Of a stretch of 64,000 nt of DNA, positions 9,314 through 19,156 are shown piece after piece; positions within the stretch are counted from its first letter, which is position 1; each line of letters opens with the position of its first letter. This stretch comes from Phycisphaerales bacterium (GTDB taxonomy: Bacteria; Planctomycetota; UBA1135; UBA2386). Below the pieces are notes generated by a model. The model searched no databases. It was not told the DNA's origin and saw only the letters and a list, made by a program, of their open reading frames with translations. The stretch covers positions 66,466 through 130,465 of the forward strand of contig JADCJE010000066.1 in assembly GCA_020247305.1 (NCBI GenBank). Reading direction: 5' to 3'. Both the position numbers and the translations under genes were made by a program.

Positions 9314-10408
9314 TTGCCGCGCCGCGGGCGCGCGAGGCCGCCCGTGAGCGGGCTGAAGCCGATGCGTCCCGTCCCGCGCGGCGGGCCGGCGCCGCGCTTC
9401 CACGGCCGCTACAAGGTCACGCCCGAGGACTTCGCCGTCGACGAGGTGCCGGCGTACGTGCCGTGCGGCGCTGGCGACCACGTCTGGCTGTGGGTCGAGA
9501 AGCGATCGCTGTCGACGCTCGACCTGCTGCACGAACTCGGCCATGCGCTCGACCGCGACGAGCGCAGCTTCGGCATCGCCGGCCTCAAGGATGCGCAGGC
9601 CGTGAGCCGGCAGTGGGTCAGCATCGAGCACGTCGATCCCAAGCGCTGCGAGGGCCTGCGCGGCGAGCGCTTCGCCGTGCTCGACGTGCGCCGGCACGGC
9701 AACAAGCTGCGCATGGGCCACCTGCGCGGCAATCGCTTCGGCATCACGCTGCGCGGCGCGCGCCCCGACGACCTCGCCGCCGCCCAGGCGAATCTCGCCG
9801 ACCTCGCCGTCCGCGGCGTGCCGAACTACTTCGGCGAGCAGCGCTTCGGCAAGCGCGGCGCCAACCTGCAGAAGGGCCTCGACGTGCTGCGCGGCGACCC
9901 GCGCCAGTTCGCCGCGCGCATGCCGCGCCGCGTCTTCGGCCTCGTGCTGTCGGCGGTGCAGAGCGAGGCGTTCAACCGCGTGGTCAGCGCGCGCCTGCCG
10001 ACGCTCGGCACGCTGCTGCCCGGCGACCTCGCCTTCAAGCACGACAACGGCTCGGTGTTCGCCGTCGACGACCCGGCGAAGGAGCAGCCGCGCTGCGACC
10101 AGCTGCTGGTGTCGCCGAGCGGGCCGCTGCCCGGACCGGAGATGATCCAGCCGACCGGCGAGCCCAGGCAGATCGAGGACGACGTGCTGCGCGCGCTCGG
10201 CTTGACGCACGAGCTGTTCGGCAAGCTGCCGTTCCGGCTCTGCCGCGGCGAGCGGCGGCCGCTGCGCGCGCCGGTCGTCGACCCCGTCGCCGAGGTCGTG
10301 CCGGGCGGACTGCGCGTCGCCTTCGAGCTGCCGCGCGGCGCCTACGCCACGTCGGTGCTGCGCGAACTGCTGGTCGACACGATCTGGTTCGGGCCGGGCG
10401 ACGGGTAG
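9314..10408 (+). CDS. truD: tRNA pseudouridine(13) synthase TruD
   Basis: FAVDEVP...GDHVWLWVEK, the catalytic-Asp context GIAGLKDAQAV, and NYFGEQRFG. The start is uncertain: TTG at 9314 or ATG at 9362. Confidence 0.88.
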   Translation: MPRRGRARPPVSGLKPMRPVPRGGPAPRFHGRYKVTPEDFAVDEVPAYVPCGAGDHVWLWVEKRSLSTLDLLHELGHALDRDERSFGIAGLKDAQAVSRQWVSIEHVDPKRCEGLRGERFAVLDVRRHGNKLRMGHLRGNRFGITLRGARPDDLAAAQANLADLAVRGVPNYFGEQRFGKRGANLQKGLDVLRGDPRQFAARMPRRVFGLVLSAVQSEAFNRVVSARLPTLGTLLPGDLAFKHDNGSVFAVDDPAKEQPRCDQLLVSPSGPLPGPEMIQPTGEPRQIEDDVLRALGLTHELFGKLPFRLCRGERRPLRAPVVDPVAEVVPGGLRVAFELPRGAYATSVLRELLVDTIWFGPGDG

Positions 10409-10539
10409 GGACCGTTCGCCGCGGCGCGACACGCGCAGGGCGCTGTCGCGTTCGCTGTCGCCGCCGACTGCGCTCAGAGCCCGAGAAACAACCGTGGTTC
10501 TGGCTCGTCGTGGCCGCACGAGCGGCCAACAGGGGCAAT

Positions 10540-10577
10540 CTGAGAGCCTGTAGGGTCTTTCCTCCTCAGGCTCTCAG
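10540..10577. terminator. palindromic element embedding the recD stop codon (copy 1 of 2)
   Basis: An 11-bp perfect stem CTGAGAGCCTG/CAGGCTCTCAG with a 16-nt loop. It sits between convergent truD and recD. The same arms recur at 41500-41541. Confidence 0.55.
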
Positions 10578-12310
10578 CCGCCGGCGAGCGCGTCGGCGAG
10601 GCCCGAACTGCGGTCGGGCCAGCGCGCGAGCGCGGGCGCGAGCAGGTCGAGGTCGCCGTGCACGAGCACGCGCCGGCGGCCGCGCGTGACGCCGGTGTAG
10701 ACCAGCGGCGCGTCGAGCAGGTCGATCGCCTTGTCGGGCAGCGACAGCAGCACGTCGTCGAACTCGCTGCCCTGCGCCTTGTGCACCGTCATCGCCCACG
10801 CGGTCTCGTGCGCCGGCAGGCGCGGCAGCGGCACGAGGCGCGGGTCCTCGGCGCCGCGCGGGAACGCGACCGCAGGGCGGCCGGAGGGATCGGCGACGAC
10901 GACGCCGAGGTCGCCGTTGTAGAGGCGGTTCGGGTGGTCGTTGGCGGTGACCAGCACCGGCCTGCCGGGGTAGTCGGCGCGGTCCGTGCGCACGCCCTCG
11001 CTGCGCAACAGCGTTTCGATGCGGGCGTTCCACGCCGCGGCGCCATGCGGGCCGTGGCGCGTCGCCGTCAGCACGCGGAAGGCGGCGAGCCGGCTGCCGA
11101 CGTCGCCATCGCCGGTGGCGGCGGCGAGGATGGCGGCGCGGAACGGCTGCAAGGCGGCGTCGATCGTCGCGGCGTGCGGCAGGTCGGCGTGGCCAGCGCG
11201 CAGCGCGGCGAGCGCGGCCTGCGGATCGCGGCCGGCCATCGCCGCGGCGAAGGCGCCGATGCCGACGCGCGCGGCGAAGCGGTAGTTGCGGCGCAGGCCG
11301 ACGACGACGTCGGCGATGGGCGGCGCGGTGGCGCGGTCGGGCAGGGCGCAGCCCAGCGCCTCGCGGCAGAAGGCGGCGAGTGCCGGGCCCGGGCCGCGCT
11401 CCGGCGATGCGGCACGGCAGAGGTCGCCGAGCGGTTGGCCGGCGCCGACGGCGGCCAACTGATCGCGGTCGCCGACCAGCAGCAGCCGCGCCGACGGCGG
11501 CAGGGCGCGGCACAGCGTCGCCAGCAGCGCGGGTTCGGCCATCGACGCCTCGTCGACCACGACGACGTCGTGCCGCAGCGGCCGCTCGGGGCCGCGTGCG
11601 AAGGCGTCGTCGGTGGGGCGGTACCCGAGCAGCCGGTGCAGCGTCGTCGCTTCGCAGCCGGCGAGCACGTCGGCGAGCGACGGCAGCGCCGCGGCCGCCG
11701 TGCGCAGCGAGTCGAGCAGGCGCGCGGCGGCCTTGCCGGTCGGCGCGCACAGGGCGACGCGCAGCGACGGCTCGCGGCGGGCCAGCACGGCGAGCCAGCG
11801 CGCGACCGTCGTCGTCTTGCCGGTGCCCGGGCCGCCGGTCAGCACGGCGAACGACGCGCGCGCCGCGGCCGCGACGGCGACGAGTTGCCAGTCGACCTCC
11901 GACCCGGCCGCCGGCAGCAGGCCGAGCGCGTCGAGGTCGGCGCGCAGCGTTGCGGCGTCGCAGCGCGGCGGTTCCTGCAGGCGGGCGCGCACGAACGCCG
12001 CCAGCGCCGCCTCGCTGGCGCGGTCGCGGCGCAGGTACAGACGGTCCTTGCCGTCGAGCGCGAGCGGCAGCGGGCGGTCGGCTTGGGTGGCGTCAGCGAC
12101 GACGCCGCTGGCGAGCAGCGCGCGCCGCCACGTCGCCGCGTCGGGGAACGGCTTCTGGCCGGCGGCGGCCGCAAGCGGCAGGCACACGTGGCCGCGTTCG
12201 CGGTCGGCCCACAGCCGCTGCACGGTCGCGCGCAGCAGTGCGGCGTCGCCGAGCGCGCCGCGCCGCAGCAGCAGGTCGGCAAGGCACGTGCCGAGGTCGG
12301 CGGCGGTCAT
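10574..12310 (-). CDS. recD: exodeoxyribonuclease V subunit alpha
   Basis: ATG at 12310 inside track ORF 10574..12841. Walker A GGPGTGKTT, VVVDEASM, and a C-terminal AMTVHKAQGSEF motif. ATGA overlap with the recB stop. Confidence 0.9.
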   Translation of the reverse strand: MTAADLGTCLADLLLRRGALGDAALLRATVQRLWADRERGHVCLPLAAAAGQKPFPDAATWRRALLASGVVADATQADRPLPLALDGKDRLYLRRDRASEAALAAFVRARLQEPPRCDAATLRADLDALGLLPAAGSEVDWQLVAVAAAARASFAVLTGGPGTGKTTTVARWLAVLARREPSLRVALCAPTGKAAARLLDSLRTAAAALPSLADVLAGCEATTLHRLLGYRPTDDAFARGPERPLRHDVVVVDEASMAEPALLATLCRALPPSARLLLVGDRDQLAAVGAGQPLGDLCRAASPERGPGPALAAFCREALGCALPDRATAPPIADVVVGLRRNYRFAARVGIGAFAAAMAGRDPQAALAALRAGHADLPHAATIDAALQPFRAAILAAATGDGDVGSRLAAFRVLTATRHGPHGAAAWNARIETLLRSEGVRTDRADYPGRPVLVTANDHPNRLYNGDLGVVVADPSGRPAVAFPRGAEDPRLVPLPRLPAHETAWAMTVHKAQGSEFDDVLLSLPDKAIDLLDAPLVYTGVTRGRRRVLVHGDLDLLAPALARWPDRSSGLADALAGG

Positions 12311-15300
12311 GCGTCCGCCTCCTTGCCGACGGTGGCCGTCCATTCGTCGAGCGCGTGCGCCAACTGCGGGTCGATCGCCTCGGTGAACAAGCCGCTGTCG
12401 CTGCCCGCCGCGACGCCGCGCACGAACACGTAGCAGACGCCGCCGAGGTGGCGGGCGGGGTCGTAGTCGGGCAGCTGCGCGCGCAGCTGCCGGTGCAGCG
12501 CCAGCGTGTAGAGGCAGTACTGCAGCACGTAGTCGCTGGCGAGCATGGCTTCGCGCAGCTGCGGGCCGAGGTAGTCCTCGCGGCGGTTGCCGAGGTGGTT
12601 CGACTTCCAGTCGAGGATCCAGTAGCGGCCGGCGTGTTCGCAGACGAGGTCGGCGCTGCCCGACAGGAACCCGGTCAGGCGCTTGCGGCCCATCGCCAGC
12701 AGCCGCTTGCCCTGTTCGCGCACGATCGCCGAGGCCGAACGGGCGAGCGCGTGGGCGAGGCCGACGGGCTCGGCCGCGATCGGCAGCAGGAACTCCCACT
12801 CGGCGCGCTTCTCGCCGCCCGTCAACTCGGCCAGCGTGCACCCGGGCGGAGTCACGACGGCGCCGGCGAGCGCGCGCAGCATCGCCGCCGTGTCGGCGAC
12901 CGGGTCGATCGCGCCGCGGTGCGCCGTCGGCGGCAGCAGGCCGTGGTCGGCGAGCGCCTGCTGCACGGCGGCCCGCGCGGCGGGCCCGTCGGCGGCGCGC
13001 AGGTCGACGCGCTCCAGCAGTTCGTGCAGGCAGATGCCCGCCGCGGCGCCGCGAGCGAACGCGAACATGCCCGTCGCCGGCACGTCCGGTTCCGCCGCGA
13101 TCGCCGCCGGCTGCGGCTCGTCGTCGACCACGTCACGATCGGCGACGTCGGCGTCGCGCTGCGCCATGAGCCGCGTGAAGCTCGTCTGCTCGCGGGCCTC
13201 GACGACGCGCCCCGGCCGGCGCAGTGGCGCGAGCGCTTGGGTCGGCGTGCTCGGCGCGCGGTCGGCTGCGGGCACGGCAGGAACGTCGTCGACGGCGACC
13301 GCGCCGTCGCTCTGCGCCGCCATCGCGGCGAGCGCGTCGCGCCACGCCGGCCGGCCGTCCTTGCTCGCCTTCTGGAAGTCGGCGAGCCACGCGCTGAACG
13401 CTTTGCCGTCGGGCGGCGATGCTGCGCGGCCGCCGACGAGCCACGCCAGCGGGCTGCCGCCGTGGTCATTGCCGATCGGACCCAGGTGCACGTAGCAGCG
13501 GCGCACCGCGCGCGTCAGCGCGACATAGGCAAGGCGCACGTCCTCTTCGAGGCGCTCGCGCAGGATCGCTGCGCCGGCCGCGGAGTCGGACTGGGCGTCG
13601 AACGCGAGCCGGTGGCCGTCGGCGAGCGGTTCGAGTTCGAGGCTCTTCACGCTGCGCCGGTCCCACAGGAACGGTACGAACACGACCTCGTACTGCAGGC
13701 CCTTGCTGCGGTGCGCGGTGAGGATCTGCACGGCGTCCTCGTCGCTCTCCAGGCGCATCTCGCGCAGTTCCTCGCCGACTTCCTCGCGGGCGTGCGCTTC
13801 CTGTTCGAACCAGCGCAGCAGCGCCTCGGGCTGCAGCCGGTGCGTGGTCTCGGCGCCGTGCAGCAGTTCCCACAGCTGGCGCAGGTTGGTGAGCCGCCGC
13901 TCGCCGTCGTGCCAGCCGAGGTAGCGCGCGGTGACCTGACGCGCGTCGGCGAACGCCGCCAATAGCGCCATCACGCCGTGCCGCCGCCAGCGCGCGCGCC
14001 AGGCCTGGAAGGCCTCGACCACGTCGTCGTGGCCGGCTTCGTCGGCGGCGAACGCGCGCAGCCCGGCGAGGTCGAGGCCGTAGAGGCGCGTCGCCAGCGC
14101 TGCGCGCACGAGCCGCAGGTCCGTCGGCCGCGCGATCGCCAGCAGCACGCGGCGCACGTCGTCGACTTCCTCGCTGGCGAGCACGTCGCCCGCCTTGCCG
14201 ATGGCCGACGGGATGCCGACCGCCCGCAGCGCGTCCTGCACCGCCGTCGCCTGCCAGTTGGCGCGCGTCAGCACGGCGAGGTCGCGCGGCCGGATCGGGC
14301 GGCCTTCGAGCGTCGCGCCTGAGCGCAGCAGGCGCACGGCCTCGGCGGCGACGTCGGCACAGATGCGCCTGGCCACGAGGTTCTTGTCGCCGCCCTCCGC
14401 CTGGGTCGGCAGGGTCCAGCGCCAGCGCAGCACCGCTTCGCCGTCGCCGACGATGCGCTTCTCCGTCGGTTCGGCGGCCGCGCGCACTTCCTGCGCGGCG
14501 ATGCCCGCATCGACGAACGGCCGCGGGTGGCCGACGAACAGCGCGTTCGTCGCCGCGACGAGCGCCTTGGCGCTGCGGTAGTTGGCGTCGAGCGTGAAGG
14601 CGCGTCCGGCGTCGCCGCGGGCGCGCAGGTAGGTGCGCAGGTCGGCGCCGCGGAAGCCGTAGATCGCCTGCTTGGGGTCGCCGATCAGGAACAACGTCCG
14701 GTCGGCGAAGCAGGTCGAGAAGATCGCGTACTGCAGCGCATCGGTGTCCTGGAACTCGTCGATCAGCGCGACCTGATGGCGGCTGCGGATGGCGCCGCGC
14801 ACGGCGTCGGCGCGCGCCGGATCGCGCAGCGCCGCATGGGCGCGCACCAGCAGGTCGTCGAAGGTGGCGACGTGTTCCTCACGTTTGCCCTGTTCGACCC
14901 GCTGCTGCATCGCGACCAGCAACTCAGTGCGCAGGTGCGCGAGCGCCTCGCCGACGGCCGCCTCGACCGCCGCACAGGCGGCGAAGAACGGGCCCTCGAA
15001 GACGACCTTCTTGTGCTTCGTCTTGTTCAGCTTCGAGCGCAGCGCGTCGGGCGTCAGCCGCCGCAGCGCCGCGAGGCAGGTGTGCGGGGCGCTGCGCAGC
15101 CGCGCGCCGAGCTGTTCGAAGTCGCCGCCGAACATGCCTGCGAGCGGGCCGTCGCCGCCGTTCCATGTGTACGCGGCGAACTGCGCGCCCAGGCCCTCGG
15201 GCCACAGCGCGCTCGCCCGCGCCACCGCCGCCGCGACCGCATCGGCGAGCGCGCGGAAGCGCGACGCCGGTTCCGGCAGGGTGATGCGCGGGTGCCGCCG

Positions 15301-15864
15301 CCACAGCCGGTAGGCCTGCACCAGCGATTCTGGCGAGTGCCCGCCGAGGTGCAGCAGGGCGCCGCGCACGTCGCCGGGCGGCGCGTGCTGCAGACGCAGC
15401 GCGTCGGCGGCGGCGCGGAACAGCAGCGGCAGGCCGTCGGTCTCGAACTCGGTGCGGAAGGGCTGGCCGGTCTCGAACGCCGCTTCGTCGAGCAGGCGTT
15501 TGCAGAAGCCGTGGATCGTGTGCACGGCGACCTGGTCGAAGTCGGCGAGCGCACGCCGACACAGCGCTGCGGCCTCCGGCTGCGCGGCGAGACCGGCGAA
15601 GAACGGGTCGTCTGTCGGCTCGCCCAAAGCGGCGGTGAGCACGCGCCGCAGGCCGTCGCGCAGGCGACGCTTGAGTTCGTCGGTGGCCGCCACCGTGAAC
15701 GTGACGACGAGCGCGTGGTCGAGCCGCTCGATGCGGCGCTCGAGCAGCAGCCGCAGCAGGATGCCGACGAGCGCGTACGTCTTGCCGGTGCCAGCGCTCG
15801 CTTCCAGCAGCACCACGCCCGGCTCCAGCGACGCCGTCGCGAGTTCGAACGGCGGCAGCTTCAT
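12307..15864 (-). CDS. recB: exodeoxyribonuclease V subunit beta
   Basis: ATG at 15864 (MKLPPFEL) inside track ORF 12307..18801. UvrD-type helicase motifs ASAGTGKTY and IDEFQDTD. C-terminal nuclease motif GSADLV...YWILDWKSN. Confidence 0.92.
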   Translation of the reverse strand: MKLPPFELATASLEPGVVLLEASAGTGKTYALVGILLRLLLERRIERLDHALVVTFTVAATDELKRRLRDGLRRVLTAALGEPTDDPFFAGLAAQPEAAALCRRALADFDQVAVHTIHGFCKRLLDEAAFETGQPFRTEFETDGLPLLFRAAADALRLQHAPPGDVRGALLHLGGHSPESLVQAYRLWRRHPRITLPEPASRFRALADAVAAAVARASALWPEGLGAQFAAYTWNGGDGPLAGMFGGDFEQLGARLRSAPHTCLAALRRLTPDALRSKLNKTKHKKVVFEGPFFAACAAVEAAVGEALAHLRTELLVAMQQRVEQGKREEHVATFDDLLVRAHAALRDPARADAVRGAIRSRHQVALIDEFQDTDALQYAIFSTCFADRTLFLIGDPKQAIYGFRGADLRTYLRARGDAGRAFTLDANYRSAKALVAATNALFVGHPRPFVDAGIAAQEVRAAAEPTEKRIVGDGEAVLRWRWTLPTQAEGGDKNLVARRICADVAAEAVRLLRSGATLEGRPIRPRDLAVLTRANWQATAVQDALRAVGIPSAIGKAGDVLASEEVDDVRRVLLAIARPTDLRLVRAALATRLYGLDLAGLRAFAADEAGHDDVVEAFQAWRARWRRHGVMALLAAFADARQVTARYLGWHDGERRLTNLRQLWELLHGAETTHRLQPEALLRWFEQEAHAREEVGEELREMRLESDEDAVQILTAHRSKGLQYEVVFVPFLWDRRSVKSLELEPLADGHRLAFDAQSDSAAGAAILRERLEEDVRLAYVALTRAVRRCYVHLGPIGNDHGGSPLAWLVGGRAASPPDGKAFSAWLADFQKASKDGRPAWRDALAAMAAQSDGAVAVDDVPAVPAADRAPSTPTQALAPLRRPGRVVEAREQTSFTRLMAQRDADVADRDVVDDEPQPAAIAAEPDVPATGMFAFARGAAAGICLHELLERVDLRAADGPAARAAVQQALADHGLLPPTAHRGAIDPVADTAAMLRALAGAVVTPPGCTLAELTGGEKRAEWEFLLPIAAEPVGLAHALARSASAIVREQGKRLLAMGRKRLTGFLSGSADLVCEHAGRYWILDWKSNHLGNRREDYLGPQLREAMLASDYVLQYCLYTLALHRQLRAQLPDYDPARHLGGVCYVFVRGVAAGSDSGLFTEAIDPQLAHALDEWTATVGKEADA

Positions 15865-18800
15865 GCCAGCTCCTCGCACGCGGCGAGCGCTTCGCCGACG
15901 CGCTCGGCCCAGGCGGCGAACTCCGGCTGCGCCAGCGGGTCGCGGCCGCGCCAGCACAGCGCCGTCGCGGCGTCGTCGGCTTCGCCGGCGGAGCCGTCGC
16001 CGCGGCCCTTGAAGGCCGCGCGTGCACGTCGCGCCGCGACGGCGGCGTCGTCCTTCTTGCGGGCGTTGGCGTAGGCGAGCGACGCGGCGGGGAAGAACGG
16101 CAGCGGCCGAACGAGTCCCGCGCGGTAGCCCGCGACCAGCGCTGCGAGCGCATCCTGCGCCGCATCGTCGGCGAGCGGCCGCAGCCTCTGCGCCCCGCCG
16201 AATCCGTACTGCACCGAGGCCTCGGGCAAGGCGGCAGCGCTGGCGTGGCGTGCGGCGGCGGCGACCACGTGCGCGACGAAGGCGGCGAGCCGGTGCTTCT
16301 CCTTGAGCTTGCCCGCCTGTGCGCGCACCAGCGCGTCGGCGGCGACGCCGTCGAGGACGCCGGTGACGCGGCCGTCGGCCATGGCGAATGCGGCCGGCAC
16401 GCTGGCTAGCGCGCCGTGCGCGCGCAGTTGGCGGCGCAGTTCCTGCGCTGCGTCTTCGCCATCCTGGAAGGCGAGGTCGCCGCGGCCGCCGGGCGGCACC
16501 AGTCCGGCGGCGTGCGCCGCCGCCAGCCGGTCCTCGGGGCCTTCGCCGGGGACGTCGCGGCGCAGCAGCGTGTCGCGCAGTTGCCAGTTGCCGAGGCCAT
16601 CGAGCGCGAACGGTTCGGTCACCGGCTCGGGCTCGTCGGCGGCGCGCAGCGTCATGCCGAGCACGCGCTCGCAGAAGAAACGCGGCGGATCGCGCCAGAA
16701 CGCCACGAGGTCGGCGAGCGCGACGTCCGGCCCGAGCAACTCGGCCGGCGGCGCGGTCGGCGCGTCGTCGCACCACGGCGGCGCGTCGGCCTGCGCGTCC
16801 GGCAACGCGCCGCCATGGCCGACCGCGTACGCGAACAGGCGCGGATCGCGGCCATCGCGGTAGCGCCGGCTCCACGGCTGCAGCGGGTGCTGCACGACGA
16901 CCTGCGCACGCGCCGGCGCACCGTCGGGGGCGGGCGCGAACGTCGCGTCCACCAGTTCGAGCAATTCGTCGAGCAGCGTCGACGCCGCGCACTCGGCGTC
17001 GTCCTTGGCGGAACGGCCGACGTACAGCAGATGCACGGCGTCGCGCGCCGACGTCAACAGGTCGAGGAACAACTGGCGGTCGTCGCGGCGCGCGTCGCGG
17101 TCGCCGGCCCGCCGGCGCTGCGCGATCAGGTCGAATGGCAGCGCCTGCGGCCGCCGCGGGAACTGCTGGTCCGACAGGCCGCAGACGTACAGTCGGCGGC
17201 AGGGCAGCGTGCGCATCGGCGTCAGCGACGCGATGGTGATCGAGCCCGAGAGGAAGCCGCCGCCGGCGCTCTCTGCCAGGGCGCCGTCGAGCCAGTCGCG
17301 CAGCACGACGGCGGCGACGGGTTCGTCGACGGCGGCGGCGGTGGCGATGGCGCGCAGGCGCGCGATGGCGCGGCGCAGGCGCTCGGCGGCGGCGCGGTCC
17401 TCGGCCGAGGTCGGCAGGAACAGCGTCGCCAGCAGGTCGTCGAGGCGGTCGGCCCACGCCGCCAGCGGCCGCGGCGCAGCGAACAGGTCGAGGCGCTCGA
17501 ACAACGCCGTGCAGAAGGCGAGGAACTTGCCGAGTGCGTCGTCGCGGCCGCTGGTGGCATCGGCGACCGGGCTGAGGCCGAGCGCGAGCGCTTCGCCCGG
17601 TCCGGTCATCACGCCGAGCAGCAGCCGATCGAGTCCGGCGCGCCACGAACCGTCGTCGAACTCCGGCAAGGAGAGGCGCTGCGCCCGCCGCTCGCCATCG
17701 ACGCCCCAGCGCACGCCGGCGGCATCGCAGCGGGCGCGCAGCTCCGGCAGGTCCCCGACCGCGAGGTCGAAGCGCTGGCGCACGGCCTCCTGTTCCAGCA
17801 CGCGGAAGACGTCGCCGGCTTCGACGCGCCCGCGCGCGAGGTCGAGCACCGCGAACAGCGCGCCGCACAGCGGCTGTTCGGCGATCGGGCTGCGGTCGGC
17901 GACGCGGTACGGCAGGTGCTCGCGCACCGGCCCGAACACCGCGTCCGCCATGGCGGCGTACTGCTCGATGTCGGGCACAAGGACGAAGACGTCCTGCGGC
18001 TGCAGGTCCTTGTCGGCGGCGAAGGCGGCGAGCAACTGGTCGCGCACGATCTCCAGTTCGCGCTGCGGCGAGTGGGCGACGTGCACGCACAGCGAGTCGT
18101 CGTCGGCGGCGATGGGAGGCCGCGGCGGGGCGTCGCCGGACAGGTCGGCGATGCGCGCCTGCACGACGGCGAGCGCGGTGCGGCGCTCCGGCGGCGCTTC
18201 GTGCCGGCGCACGACGGCGCCGATGTCGAGGCGGTGGATGCCGTCGTAGCCGCTGGCGGCGAGGTCGGCGAACGCGCGCGCGAACTCGCGCGCCTGTTGG
18301 CCGAAGCGGTCGAGCCAGGCGTTGCTGCCGTCGCCGTCGCGCAGGTCGGCGGGCTGCGGCACGTAGAGGTGCACCGGAGTGTGCTCGCTGCACGCTAGCA
18401 GCAGACGCAGGAAGGCGGGCGGCAGCGCGGTGGCCCCGAAGACGTGCACGCGCCGCGGCAGCCCCCGGCGCGCATCGGGCTCGTCGGCGAGCCGCCGTTC
18501 GACCTCGCGCAGGCGGATCGCGGCGGTCGCCGGCGGGCCGCCCGCAGGGCCGAAGCCGGCGTCGGCCAGCAGGGCCCGCCACAGCCGGCCCTGCCACGGC
18601 GCGTGTTCGCCGGCGTCGGCGGCGTCGTCGCCGTTGGTCCAGCGGGCCAGCAGTTCCGGCCGGAAGACCTGGTAGTCGTCGAAGACGCGCGCCAGCCGTT
18701 CGCAGAGCTGCAGGCGCAGCCGGCCGTCGGCGTCGTCGCGGCAGTAGGCGAACGCCGGGCCGAAGTCCCGCGTCGCGCCCGACGCGCGCACGAGCCGCCA

Positions 18801-19082
18801 CAGCCGCAGCGTCAATTCGTCCTTGGCCAGCGGGTCGTGGGCTTCGGTTGCGCCGTCGGCGAGCCGGCGCAGGAAGCCGCCGAGGAACGGCAGGCGCAGC
18901 GAGCCGGCGATGCCGCGTCGGTGCGCCAGTCGTTGCCGCACCCAGCGGGCAATGCCCTGCGTCGGCACGACGATCGTCTCTTCCTGCAGCGGCGGCAGCG
19001 GGTCCTTGCCCGTGATCACCGCGAGCATCTCCAGCAGGTCGTCCAGCCGCGTGCTCGCGTACAGAGACAGCCCCGACGCCAT
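15861..19082 (-). CDS. recC: exodeoxyribonuclease V subunit gamma
   Basis: 1073 aa with a typical RecC N terminus (LSLYASTRLDDLLEML). Length and operon position fit. ATGA overlap with the recB start. Confidence 0.88.
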   Translation of the reverse strand: MASGLSLYASTRLDDLLEMLAVITGKDPLPPLQEETIVVPTQGIARWVRQRLAHRRGIAGSLRLPFLGGFLRRLADGATEAHDPLAKDELTLRLWRLVRASGATRDFGPAFAYCRDDADGRLRLQLCERLARVFDDYQVFRPELLARWTNGDDAADAGEHAPWQGRLWRALLADAGFGPAGGPPATAAIRLREVERRLADEPDARRGLPRRVHVFGATALPPAFLRLLLACSEHTPVHLYVPQPADLRDGDGSNAWLDRFGQQAREFARAFADLAASGYDGIHRLDIGAVVRRHEAPPERRTALAVVQARIADLSGDAPPRPPIAADDDSLCVHVAHSPQRELEIVRDQLLAAFAADKDLQPQDVFVLVPDIEQYAAMADAVFGPVREHLPYRVADRSPIAEQPLCGALFAVLDLARGRVEAGDVFRVLEQEAVRQRFDLAVGDLPELRARCDAAGVRWGVDGERRAQRLSLPEFDDGSWRAGLDRLLLGVMTGPGEALALGLSPVADATSGRDDALGKFLAFCTALFERLDLFAAPRPLAAWADRLDDLLATLFLPTSAEDRAAAERLRRAIARLRAIATAAAVDEPVAAVVLRDWLDGALAESAGGGFLSGSITIASLTPMRTLPCRRLYVCGLSDQQFPRRPQALPFDLIAQRRRAGDRDARRDDRQLFLDLLTSARDAVHLLYVGRSAKDDAECAASTLLDELLELVDATFAPAPDGAPARAQVVVQHPLQPWSRRYRDGRDPRLFAYAVGHGGALPDAQADAPPWCDDAPTAPPAELLGPDVALADLVAFWRDPPRFFCERVLGMTLRAADEPEPVTEPFALDGLGNWQLRDTLLRRDVPGEGPEDRLAAAHAAGLVPPGGRGDLAFQDGEDAAQELRRQLRAHGALASVPAAFAMADGRVTGVLDGVAADALVRAQAGKLKEKHRLAAFVAHVVAAAARHASAAALPEASVQYGFGGAQRLRPLADDAAQDALAALVAGYRAGLVRPLPFFPAASLAYANARKKDDAAVAARRARAAFKGRGDGSAGEADDAATALCWRGRDPLAQPEFAAWAERVGEALAACEELA

Positions 19083-19156
19083 GCCGACAACCTAGCTGGC
19101 ACGTCGACGCGTTGCACGCCGGCGTCGCGCCGGCAGCCGCGCGGCGCGCGCAGGAG

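Noticed and set aside
12307-18801. Track ORF of 2164 aa that looks like a giant gene.
   Set aside because: Only the distal 1185 codons, from ATG 15864 (MKLPPFEL...), are RecB. The upstream ~980 codons are Arg/Ala/Pro-rich and lie out of frame over the genuine recC gene (15861..19082). The long open frame is a GC-content artefact.
10574-19082. The recC-recB-recD operon as a novelty or defence-related locus.
   Set aside because: It is a standard RecBCD with all expected helicase and nuclease motifs and tight ATGA junctions. This is ordinary recombination-repair housekeeping.
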